Assembly: GCF_023055435.1 (NCBI RefSeq)
Contig: NW_025963813.1
Span: 16,554,001 to 16,618,000, forward strand
Direction of reading: 5' to 3'
DNA: 64,000 nucleotides
Source: Haliotis rufescens
Taxonomy: Eukaryota
The number at the start of each line of letters is the position of its first letter. Positions within the stretch are counted from its first letter, which is position 1. This document shows positions 49,723 to 62,600 of the stretch, in pieces. The translations under genes were made by a program, and so were the position numbers. The notes beneath the pieces are model-generated. The model made no database searches. It saw only the letters and a list, made by a program, of their open reading frames with translations, and had not been told where the DNA came from.

Positions 49723-50482
49723 TATTTTGCATGTACTGTTGGCCCTTTGTTTCACTGTTCAAAATATCATATGGACCATTTCTCGTCTGATGTACTTCCA
49801 GTTTACCTCCAGGGGAATATTTCTGACCTAATAAGATGACACTGGAGATCAAGGTTACTCATAAATACTTACATCATGTTTGTTGATTGACGCCACACAA
49901 CAATATTACAACCATATAGTGGCAGTCTGTATACAATCAATTTGGACCAGACAGTCCAGTGATTATAATTACCCCATGAGTTTTGATCTATGCAGTTGTG
50001 ATACGATGACATGCATCAACCAATTAGATTCATATCCCTAAAACACGACAACCTGTATCAGCTGAGGAAGATTTGATTAATCATATATATCTTGCATTTA
50101 CTATTACACAGACAGCGTCCCAGTTTCACACAAGTTACTTATTACAAAATCTGGGAATTGATAAGAAGTGAAACTCATCGGTATGGCGCTGACAAACCTC
50201 AAAACTATCAGGACGAACTGGGATTCACCCCCGGTCCTAGGTGTCCGGCATTCCTGACAGATTCAACTCCTCACATTGCAGTGCCTTAGACCTACTCACA
50301 AACCGTGACCATCTGATTATCATAATAGTCGGCTCTAAGGGCAAGCATGTGCTGCTCTCACAGCCTCGGAATACCCCGCAATACCAAGGAATACCCAATC
50401 AAACCAAGGAATACGCCGCTATACTCAGGAATAAAACGCAATACCAAGAAATACCCAGGAATACACCGTCATACCCAATATA

Positions 50483-50968
50483 ATTACATATGAGAGTGTT
50501 ATATTGGCTCTGTAGCCAACATAATATTTACATATGAGTGTTATAACGGCTCTGTAGCCAACGTTATTACATATGAGACTATTATAACGGCTCTGCAGCC
50601 AAGGTTATTACATATGAGAGTGTTATAACGGCTCTGCAGCCAAGGTTATTACATATGAGAGTGTTATAACGGCTCTGCAGCCAAGGTTATTACACATGAG
50701 AGTGTTATAACGGCTCTGCAGCCAAGGTTATTACACATGAGAGTGTTATAACGGCTCTGCAGCCAAGGTTATTACATATGAGAGTGTTATAACGCCTCTG
50801 CAGCCAAGGTTATTACATATGAGAGTGTTATAACGCCTCTGCAGCCAAGGTTATTACATATGAGAGTGTTATAACGCCTCTGCAGCCAAGGTTATTACAT
50901 ATGAGAGTGTTATAACGCCTCTGCAGCCAAGGTTATTACACATGAGAGTGTTATAACGCCTCTGCAGC
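50483..50968. repeat. 41-bp minisatellite, ~12 copies
   Basis: Unit TTATTACATATGAGAGTGTTATAACGGCTCTGCAGCCAAGG. Confidence 0.95.
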
Positions 50969-51857
50969 CGCACCACTGACCTCATGTATTATAGCGGCTC
51001 TCCGACCAATGGAACTGGTCATGGGTAGTTGAAACTTCGATGAGCAGGAAGGACATTGCATAACATGCCATAAAACTCACCAGCCAAAGACAAACCCCAT
51101 TCTCATGACGGGTGTTCACCTGGAACACATGAAACAAACAAAATAACACAAAACATAAAGCATATCCATACATGTGCACGTCATGTTTAGCCTCCAAGTG
51201 TACCAGTTACTGGATAAAGCCAAACCCATGTATAGTAACTGTAGGTGTAGGAGTGGGAGTGGGAGTGGGAGTGGGAGTGGGAGTGGGAGCTGTTTATGGT
51301 ACAATAAAACAATGCAGGGAGAATAAACCATGAGGGACGCAGTGTGGTTCATTTCATGATAAAACATTGTTCTACCATGACGTCATTTCTGGAGATTTGA
51401 ACATGCGCTCGCAACTTTGGACGACGTTACTTTTAAGAGGGAATTGTCCAACGAGTTGTTCCCCGTAGATGTAGCCGGGCAACGTAGATAAACGCAATGG
51501 CAGAACGATCGTATCCAAAAGCGGGAGAGATATGACAATCGGTATTGGGAGAAAAGGTACAGTTATTGACGTGCAAATTATGAGAATATGCGGGAAAGAC
51601 CAAATAGATCCCCCGCCCCCAGCCCTTTTAATAAAATTGACTTGTCAGACATTGACGAGGTCAGATTCTATTCAGAGAATCATCATTATTTAAATACGTG
51701 AAAATACATTTAAAGCTTTTAAATTTTATTACCATCCTTGAAGAGGCTGTACATAATATTGATATTTCATATAAAAAAATAAACGATACATGGTCGTTGT
51801 TTATTGTACAATAAAAAACTGCATGATAGAATAAACTAGAAAACTATTTCCCTCTCA

Positions 51858-53509
51858 TTCAAACTTCAACCGAAAAAAATATCATTTATTGGTGAAATTA
51901 TCACGCACCTAAATCCTTTTCACTGACCGACTGACACTATCTTGTCATGCACAGAGCATTAAATTCCCATTTCCTGATAAGACGACCTGCACGTTGATAC
52001 AGATAGGTATAAGTATGTCAAACCTGATACAGTCTGACCATCAATGATCAATATCTTTATAAAGACACACTACTTCAAACTTCAACCGAAAAAATATATC
52101 ATTTATTGGTGAAATTATCACGCACCTAAATCCTTTTCACTGACCGACTGACACTATCTTGTCATGAAAAGCGCATTACATTTGCATGTCCTGATAGTGT
52201 GACCTGCACCACGTTGCACGTATCTGTGCACGTTGATATAGATAGGTATAAGTATGTCAAACCTGATACAGTCTGACCATCAATGATCAATATCTTTATA
52301 AAGACACACTACTTCAAACTTCAACCGACAAAAATATATCATTTATTGGTGAAATTATCACGCACCTAAATCCTTTTCACTGACCGACTGACACTATCTT
52401 GTCATGAAAAGCGCATTACATTTGCATGTCCTGATAGTGTGACCTGCACCACGTTGCACGTATCTGTGCACGTTGATATAGATAGGTATAAGTATGTCAA
52501 ACCTGATACAGTCTGACCATCAATGATCAATATCTTTTTAAAGACACACTACTTCAAACTTCAACCGAAAAAATATATCATTTATTGGTGAAATTATCAC
52601 GCACCTAAATCCTTTTCACTGACCGACTGACACTATCTTGTCATGCACAGCGCATTACATTTGCATGTCCTGATAGTGTGACCTGCACCACGTTGCACGT
52701 ATCTGTGCACGTTGATATAGATAGGTATAAGTATGTCAAACCTGATACAGTCTGACCATCAATGATCAATATCTTTATAAAGACACACTACTTCAAACTT
52801 CAACCGAAAAAATATATCATTTATTGGTGAAATTATCACGCACCTAAATCCTTTTCACTGACCGACTGACACTATCTTGTCATGCACAGCGCATTACATT
52901 TGCATGTCCTGATAGTGTGACCTGCACCACGTTGCACGTATCTGTGCACGTTGATATAGATAGGTATAAGTATGTCAAACCTGATACAGTCTGACCATCA
53001 ATGATCAATATCTTTATAAAGACACACTACTTCAAACTTCAACCGAAAAAATATATCATTTATTGGTGAAATTATCACGCACCTAAATCCTTTTCACTGA
53101 CCGACTGACACTATCTTGTCATGCACAGCGCATTACATTTGCATGTCCTGATAGTGTGACCTGCACCACGTTGCACGTATCTGTGCACGTTGATATAGAT
53201 AGGTATAAGTATGTCAAACCTGATACAGTCTGACCATCAATGATCAATATCTTTATAAAGACACACTACTTCAAACTTCAACCGACAAAAATATATCATT
53301 TATTGGTGAAATTATCACGCACCTAAATCCTTTTCACTGACCGACTGACACTATCTTGTCATGCACAGCGCATTACATTTGCATGTCCTGATAGTGTGAC
53401 CTGCACCACGTTGCACGTATCTGTGCACGTTGATATAGATAGGTATAAGTATGTCAAACCTGATACAGTCTGACCATCAATGATCAATATCTTTATAAAG
53501 ACACACTAC
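51858..53509. repeat. ~239-bp tandem repeat x7 directly upstream of the arylsulfatase start codon
   Basis: Units start at about 51858, 52074, 52313, 52553, 52792, 53031 and 53270. They are near-identical; the first is shorter. Confidence 0.97.
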
Positions 53510-53622
53510 AGCATCAGTAAGCTGTAGGAGGCGTTACAGCGCTTCACACACAGGCGTTCTTTGCATATTATACCGCTAATACCAGCTGTTTCTCGCACAG
53601 TATCGGAGATCTGTTCACAACA

Positions 53623-56600
53623 ATGGCGTGTCGCGGAATAGCAGTATTGGCTGTGTTGCTGTGGGCTACAACGAGCACCTCTTCTTCATCTCCACAGCGC
53701 CCCAACATTGTGTTCATCGTAGCTGACGACCTAGGTAAGCTGGACTGATGATGATTAATGTCATGCTGAATTAATACGATACTCTCTCGCAGCTCCTGAA
53801 CCATAATCATTTGCCCTTCTGCCCAGCCCTTACTGTAATCATATCACTGATTGTACCCTCCAAGTTATATATTTTCAGAGACTAAGCGTTAGTCTAGAAA
53901 TCTGACAATGTGTGCACGCTTGTCGAAGATCCATCGATCCTATGTTCACATTATTTGCTGTGATAAACCTCATTAAGACTGCAATACATCTTGCATTTCA
54001 ATTATTTATTGGAGCTTTTATCAACGTTTGGATGTACAATTTCACATTGAAGGCTCACCATGTGATGCATGGCGAAACGCCATCTCGATTAAACAACGTA
54101 ACAGCTGTTATGGCGATCACATGTTATTGACGTCTTGTCCGCGAGATTTTAGAGATGTTTCCTGAAGTATATCAATCCTGCGGACACGTTTCCTTATTTG
54201 TTTATTGTTTAACGCCTTTCTCAGCAATATGCCAGCTGTATAACGCCCCACCGGTGGTACCCGTTGCACACACATGCAAAGGCAAGTCAAACGTTCAGCT
54301 TAAAAACAACACGGGAACGTTTGGTACCTGTCAAAATAGGGAATTGCATCGGACATAGTTCTTGTCACTGGTTCGTGCAATTGTGAAATGTCCCCTACAT
54401 GATTACCAAAAAAACGTTTTTAAAGCTTTGCTTTTGATGTGAAGAATGTGTTTAAATTTATATTTTTGACGCTGAACATGAGAATGAAACCAAATATTAT
54501 GGATGGCCTTTGCCACAGGTCAGCCCTTAAGCTCTTTCAACAGGTCCGTCCTATCCGCATATGCATTACAGAGTGTAACAGGAAACTGGGGTTGTTATGT
54601 GTAAGTTTGAACTGGGGACTGTTTACTGAGTGAGTGAGTATGTTTTAAGCAGCGTATAGCAATATTCCAGCAATGTCACGACGAGGGACACCAGAAATGG
54701 GCTTCACACATTGTACCCGTGTCGGGAATCGAACCCGGGTCTTCGACGTGACGAGAGAACGCTTTAACCACTAGGTTACCCGACCGCCCCTGTGGTTTGT
54801 TTAGAGGTGTGTTGCGTGTTGGTCGTAGTAATTAATATCGTATTCAATTTTGTTAGGTATCCTCCATATTGTCAGCGTGTTGTATTTCAGGCTGGAATGA
54901 CGTTGGCTTTAGGAACCCTGACATCCTCTCCCCAAACATAGACAAGCTGGCCAGAGAAGGGGTCATCCTCAACAGTTCCTACGTCCAGCCTGTCTGTAGT
55001 CCGTATGTTGCTTTATGGCATCGATGATGTCATTGTTAAAATATCCTCCATGATTACTGTTATAATTTTTTTCTATAACGGTATAAGGTCCGGGGTTCAT
55101 ACCAAAAGACGTTAAAAGATGGTACTTGTTGTTACCCTGTCTGGCCCTCGGCATTAAGGGGCTAAAACAAGGACTGGTCGGCTCGGAGTCAGTATGCTGT
55201 GTGTGAGTGGGGTATTCATGTTAAACTGCGACATGGTATCTCAGTGAGCTAGCACTATAAGGCGGCATCAGTACGGACTATTTCAAGCAGCCACACACAC
55301 ACGCACACACACACATGCACGGCGCTATATAAGTGCAATAATCTTGGACGCGACGTTAAACACAATTTCAACTCACCTCGCCTTTTCTATAGGGCATCGA
55401 CGATATCATGGTAAAAATATACTCCATGATTACTGTTATAATTATTCTTTATAACTCTATTAAATTGGGAGCAGTGGGGGCAATAGCAATAGAGTTAGTG
55501 AGTGAGTTAGTGAATGGGTGGTTGGGTAATTGCGTGAGTGAAAACTCTAACGAAGAATGAGTGTAGAAAAAGCACAAACAAAAAGCTTGCCAAACTCTAT
55601 TGACAGTTATTTTGGGCTACCCTGTCTTGAACTGGCTGTCATTATATCATTGACACGCCTTGAAACTAAGTTGGGTCAAATCTTGGATTTGAACCCACAA
55701 TCATAGATTTATGGCAAGTCTAAAGGAGGCAACTTTAGTAGCAAAAGCAGAAGCAGTAGCAGCAGGAGTAGCAGTAGTAGTGACAGTAGTAGTAACAGTC
55801 GTAGTAGTAACAGTCGTAGTAGTAGTAGTAGTAACAGTAGTTGTAGTAGTAACAGTAGTAGTAACAGTAGTTGTAGTAGTAACAGTAGTACTAACAGTAG
55901 TTGTAGTAGTAACAGTAGTAGTAACAGTAGTTGTAGTAGTAACAGTAGTACTAACAGTAGTTGTAGTAGTAACAGTAGTACTAACAGTAGTTGTAGTAGT
56001 AACAGTAGTACTAACAGTAGTTGTAGTAGTAACAGTAGTACTAACAGTAGTTGTAGTAGTAACAGTAGTAGTAACAGTAGGAGTAACAGTAGTAGTAACA
56101 GTAGTAGTAACAGTAGCAGTAACAGTAGTAGTAACAGTAGCAGTGACAGTAGTGACAGTAGTTGTAGTAGTAACAGTAGTAGTAACAGTAGTTGTAGTAG
56201 TAACAGTAGTACTAACAGTAGTTGTAGTAGTAACAGTAGTACTAACAGTAGTTGTAGTAGTAACAGTAGTAGTAACAGTAGTAGTAACAGTAGTAGTAAC
56301 AGTAGGAGTAACAGTAGTAGTAACAGTAGTAGTAACAGTAGTAGTAACAGTAGCAGTAACAGTAGTTGTAGTAGTAACTGTAGTAGTAACAGTACTTGTA
56401 GTAGTAACAGTAGTAGTAACAGTAGTAGTAACAGTAGTAGTAACAGTAGGAGTAACAGTAGTAGTAACAGTAGTAGTAACAGTAGTAGTAACAGTAGCAG
56501 TAACAGTAGCAGTGACAGTAGTGACAGTAGTTGTAGTAGTAACAGTAGTAGTAACAGTAGTTGTAGTAGTAACAGTAGTAGTAATAGTAGTAGTAACAGT

Positions 56601-59600
56601 AGTAGTAACAGTAGTTGTAGTAGTAACTGTAGTAGTAACAGTACTTGTAGTAGNNNNNNNNNNNNNNNNNNNNNNNNNNNNNNNNNNNNNNNNNNNNNNN
56701 NNNNNNNNNNNNNNNNNNNNNNNNNNNNNNNNNNNNNNNNNNNNNNNNNNNNNNNNNNNNNNNNNNNNNNNNNNNNNNNNNNNNNNNNNNNNNNNAGTAT
56801 TAGCAACAGTAGTAGTAACAGTAGTAGTGGTAGTATTAGTGGCAGTAGTAGAGGTAGTAGTAGTGATGGTAGTAGTAGTAGCAGCAGTAGTAGTATTAGT
56901 AGCAGCAGCAACAGTAGTAGCAGTACAAGTAGCATCAGTATTAGTAGCGGTAGTGGTAGTGGTAGCAGCAGCGGTAGTCGCAGCAGTACAAGGTCTTCAG
57001 CAACCCATGCTTGCCCTGAAAGGCGACTATGCATGTCGTAAGAGACGACTAACGGGATCGGGTGGTCAGGCTCGCTGACTTGGTTGATGCATGTCATCGA
57101 TCCCAATTGCGTGTATCGATGCTCATGATATCAATCGCTGGATTGTCTGGTCCTGACTCGACTATATACAGACCGCCGTCATATAGCTGGAATATTGCTG
57201 AGTGCGGCGTTAAACCCCAAAAAACAAACAAAAAGTAGCATCTGGAGTTGCAGTAGCGCTAGTAGTAATACATGTAGCAGTAGTAATAGCAACAGCAGCA
57301 CCAGTAGTTGGTAATTTGTTTCTGAATGTGTTACTCCTCGTGTTTCAGATCTCGCAATGCTTTCATGACAGGTGTATATCCTTTCAAAGTGGGTCTTCAG
57401 GTAGGAAGTTTCACTTAGCTTGTGGTTACACGCATTTGAATTACCCAAAAGCGTAAGAAAATATAAAATTTGGACAAGAAGGATGCTTACAACGAATAAA
57501 TAAGAGACACAAACACACAAGGTTAATGTGTCTTGTTTGCGCGCTCGATGACCTGTCTGAATACTTTGCCACATTCTTGATTGAATGATTCGTGTTGAAC
57601 TCCCTCTTGCTTGAATGATTCGTGTTGAACTCCCTCTTGCTTGAATTATTCGTGTTGAACTCCCTCTTGCTTGAATGATTAGTGTTGAACTCCCTCTTGC
57701 TTGAATAATTCGTGTTGATCTCCCTCTTGCTTGAATGATTAGTGTTGAACTCCCTCTTACTTGAATAATTCGTGTTGAACTCACTCTTGCTTGAATGATT
57801 CGTGTTGAACTCCCTCTTGCTTGAATGATTCGTGTTGAACTCCCTCTTGCTTGAATAATTAGTGTTGATCTCCCTCTTACTTGAATAATTCGTGTTGATC
57901 TCCCTCTTACTTGAATGATTCGTGTTGAACTCCCTCTTGCTTGAATGATTCGTGTTGAACTCCCTCTTGTTTGAATGATTCGTGTTGAACTCCCTCTTGC
58001 TTGAATAATTAGTGTTCATCTCCCTCTTACTTGAATAATTCGTGTTGAACTCCCTCTTACTTGAATGATTCGTGTTGAACTCCCTCTTGCTTGAATGATT
58101 CGTGTTGAACTCCCTCTTGTTTGAATGATTCGTGTTGAACTCCCTCTTACTTGAATGATTCGTGTTGATCTCCCTCTTGCTTGAATAATTCGTGTTGATC
58201 TCCCTCTTGCTTGAATGATTCCTGTTGAACTCCCTCTTGCTTGAATGATTCGTGTTGAACTCCCTCTTACTTGAATAATTCGTGTTGATCTCCCTCTTGC
58301 TTGAATAATTCGTGTTGATCTCCCTCTTGCTTGAATAATTCGTGTTGAACTCCCTCTTACTTGAATGATTCGTGTTGAACTCCCTCTTGCTTGAATGATT
58401 CGTGTTGAACTCCCTCTTGCTTGAATTATTCGTGTTGAACTCCCTCTTACTTGAATAATTCGTGTTGAACTCCCTCTTACTTGAATGATTCGTGTTGAAC
58501 TCCCTCTTGCTTGAATGATTCGTGTTGAACTCCCTCTTGCTTGAATGATTCGTGTTGAACTCCCTCTTACTTGAATAATTCGTGTTGATCTCCCTCTTGC
58601 TTGAATAATTCGTGTTGAACTCCCTCTTGCTTGAATGATTCGTGTTGAACTCCCTCTTACTTGAATGATTCGTGTTGAACTCGCTCTTGCTTGAATGATT
58701 CGTGTTGAACTCCCTCTTACTTGAATGATTCGTGTTGAACTCGCTCTTGCTTGAATGATTCGTGTTGAACTCCCTCTTGTTTGAATAATTCGTGTTGAAC
58801 TCCCTCTTCCTTGAATGATTCGTGTTGAACTCCCTCTTGCTTGAATGATTCGTGTTGATCTCCCTCTTGCTTTAATAATTCGTGTTGAACTCCCTCTTGC
58901 TTGAATGATTCGTGTTGAATCCGCACATTTGTTTGTTGCAGCACATAGTCATCTGGCAGTGGCAAAACGTCTGTTCCCCTTTGAACCACACCTTTCTGCC
59001 TCAAGTGTTGAAAGGCCTGGGCTATGCAACTCACATCGTGGGCAAGTTAGTGTTGGCGCATAAGTTACCTTACTGAAACACTTGTAAAGATGTTCGCGCA
59101 ATTGTAATGATTATCATCATTAATCCTTTCAGTCTTTTACCAGAGTTTCGTAATTCTACAATTATGTGACATATTGTTGCGTTTTAGTAAAGTAACACCT
59201 TGATCGACAAAAAGCTATGAATTTCTGTACTGCTTATCTATTTGGCATTTTAATGGTGTTCAACGGTTTTTTAACGAAACGCAATTTTCGGTTCTTGTTT
59301 CCAAGATGGCATCTCGGCTTCTGCAACTGGGACTGCACGCCCACCTTCCGAGGCTTCGATAGCTTCTTCGGCTACTACAACTCTCGCGAGGACTACTACA
59401 GCCATAAACTGTGTAAGTACAACATAGATTTAGTTACTACTCGATTTTAAAGTGAAGGTCAAACATCATTCGCCTTTTCTATTGGACGAGAGGCGCGTCA
59501 CGTGACCCTAGAGGTGAAGGACACATGTTGACGTTCAAATGTCTTTTTGTCGAGACGGGTTTTCATAATGACGTAAACATCGCCACTTCCAAATTCCTGG

Positions 59601-62600
59601 GAAACCCCTTGGGATTCCCTGCATGAAAACAAATTGCTGTTGTTTAAGTACTCACACATATACATGATTGAAAGATTGTTGTGTTATTGATTGTCATTTA
59701 TGATTGTTGGTTTGTGATAAGTTATGACAGACATATCTCAACGGAAAGATGATGAAGATAATATAAGCCACCCTTCATGTTTATCAACCTTCAGCTCTGT
59801 AGTCTGAATACTTCATTGTGGTGTTAGGAATGGTCTCTGAGGTCGGTGGGATACCCGAAGACCCGGGTTCGATGGGAACAATGTGTGAAGGCCATTTCTG
59901 GTGTCCCCCACCGTGATATTGCTTGAATATTCCTGAAAGCGGCGTGAAAACCATACTCACTCACGCTGGTGTCCCCACCCCCACCCCGGACGTGATATTG
60001 CTGGAATATTGCCGAAAGCGGCATGAATGAACCAGTGCAATCACAACAATGTGACAGTCAATTTTATGCCCCCCCTCCTCTTGTAATTTTAATGAGCATC
60101 CAACGTCTGTGAAACATCTCATGTGTTCACTATTACTACATTTATGCAAAACATGTACTTGTGTGAGTGTCGACGAAGTTGTCTGGACTTTGCCGCTGAC
60201 CCCGGTGCTTGTATTACAGCAGGATATTTGGACTTCCGGGATGACCAGAAAGCTGCGTGGCAGTACGAAGGCCAGTATTCTGCGGTATGTGTGTGTGACG
60301 TCACTCAAGTGATGACATGAAATATACAACGAATACAATGTTTATATGACGAAATAATTGTTCATTGTTGTCATACACAGGACTACAGTTTAATGTACTT
60401 TTGTTCAATATCTCAAAGTTAGTGAGAGCTCATACATCTTTGGAAATCATATGATATATTATTTAATGATACTCCATACAAAACGGTATTATGTTAATAC
60501 ACACTTTCGTACAAAGTTCGACTTTGGTTTCCAGAACCTGTACTCCCAGAAGATTGTCAGTGTTATTGAAAAACATGACAAGAGCCGACCATTGTTCCTC
60601 TATCTGCCGTTCCAGTCTGTGCACTCTCCAACACAGGTACTGTGTCACCCACAGGTACACTGACACAGACACACAGGTACACTGACACAGACACACAGGT
60701 ACACTGACATAGACACACAGGTACACTGACATAGACACACAGGTACACTGACACAGACACACAGGTACACTGACACAGACACACAGGTACACTGACACAG
60801 ACACACAGGTACACTGACACAGACACACAGGTACACTGACACACACACACAGGTACACTGACACAGACACTCAGGTACGCTGACACAGACACACATGTAC
60901 ACTGACACAGACACACAGGTACACTGACACAGACACACAGGTACACTGACACACACACACACAGGTACACTGACATAGACACACAGGTACACTGACACAG
61001 ACACACACACAGGTACACTGACACAGACACACAGGTACACTGACACACACACACAGGTATACTGACACGGACACACAGGTACACTGACATAGACACACAT
61101 GTACACTGACACACACACACACACAGGTACACTGACACAGACACACAGGTACACTGACACAGAAACACAGGTACACTGACACACACACACAGGTACACTG
61201 ACACGGACACGGACACACAGGTAGACTGACACAGACACACAGGTACACTGACACACACACACAGGTACACTGACACACACACACAGGTACACTGACACGG
61301 ACACACAGGTACACTGACACAGACACACAGGTACACTGACACACACACACACAGGTACACTGACACAGACACACAGGTACACAGACAGACACACAGGTAC
61401 ACTGACACAGACACACAGGTACACTGACATAGACACACATGTACACTGACACACACGCACACAGGTACAATGACACAGACACACAGGTACACAGACAGAC
61501 ACACAGGTACTGAAACATCAGACACCCTTCTACTCTGTAAGTGACTGTATTTTGAATGTCACATTCACAAATCAAGCTAAAGATTTCGTGTGTATCCCCT
61601 CCACGTTCTTCGTGCGTCCTTGACAGATTACTTCTGATCAAGTATCCAGTGATCCACGGTAACTGCTGAGGAGCTGTTTTGACGAAACTTGCATATTTAA
61701 ATTCTAATCTCAAGGCACTCTATCTGGTATAAGGCCACACGAGACGGACGTGTAAGCAGTAGAGCCCAGGAAGGCACATAACACAGCTCTGAACCAACAG
61801 ACTTCCCCGAAGGGACCCCATCACTTGGCATCAAGTCTGAAGACATTCTGATACAAGATGGACATGGGTGCTATGTGTGTCACTATTATTATCTGTTTGA
61901 TAACAGCAGGAATGGTTAACACCATCCCACAAAGCGTTAATTGTGATTCTCTTCCCATGTTTTACAGGCTCCGGAACGCTATGTTAATCTGTACAAGAAT
62001 GTTAACAACGAAGGAAGGCGGGTTTTCAGCGGTACGTATCATGTTCCGTAAATGCTCTATCATTTCAATGATTGATCACTGCAATGGTCTGCGAGGCATT
62101 GGTATGGCGTTTAGGGAAGATATGACATATTTAGACTACTTGTTCAATTAGTTGTATGACATGACGTCCCCAAAATATGTTTAACATACAGCAATGGAAG
62201 TTCACTATTTTAATGACGTTCCAGGCAATTTCAATTAAAGAGACGTCTTGTCCACTGAACTCTTTATATGTTATTGTTGTATCCATCAGGAATGGTCTCT
62301 GCTCTCGATGAAGCGATTGGCAACGTAACCGCTGCTCTCAAACAAACCGGTCTCTATGACAACACACTGTTTCTCTTGACGACGGATGTGAGTTGCATAT
62401 TTCTGTAGTGTCTTATACACTTCTCTTACACTTGTTTCGGCAATTAGTACCGCGAACCCTCGTTAGTCCAGACTCCGTTATGACGGAAACTCAACGTTCC
62501 AGACGATTCACATCAAGAACGTCAAACATTCTACAATGGTGAGGTGAGGTGAAATGGGTTTGACGTCGCGTGCAAGATTATTGCACTTATGTAGCGACGT

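Noticed and set aside
55709-57106. Poly-Leu and poly-Val/Thr ORFs of 455-465 aa
   Set aside because: Translation of an intronic trinucleotide satellite that spans an assembly gap.
57179-59034. Repetitive ORFs ([20 protein letters not shown])
   Set aside because: Products of a 30-bp intronic minisatellite, antisense to the arylsulfatase.
60463-61713. Cys/Val-rich ORFs resembling metallothionein
   Set aside because: Translation of the 22-bp CA-rich minisatellite.
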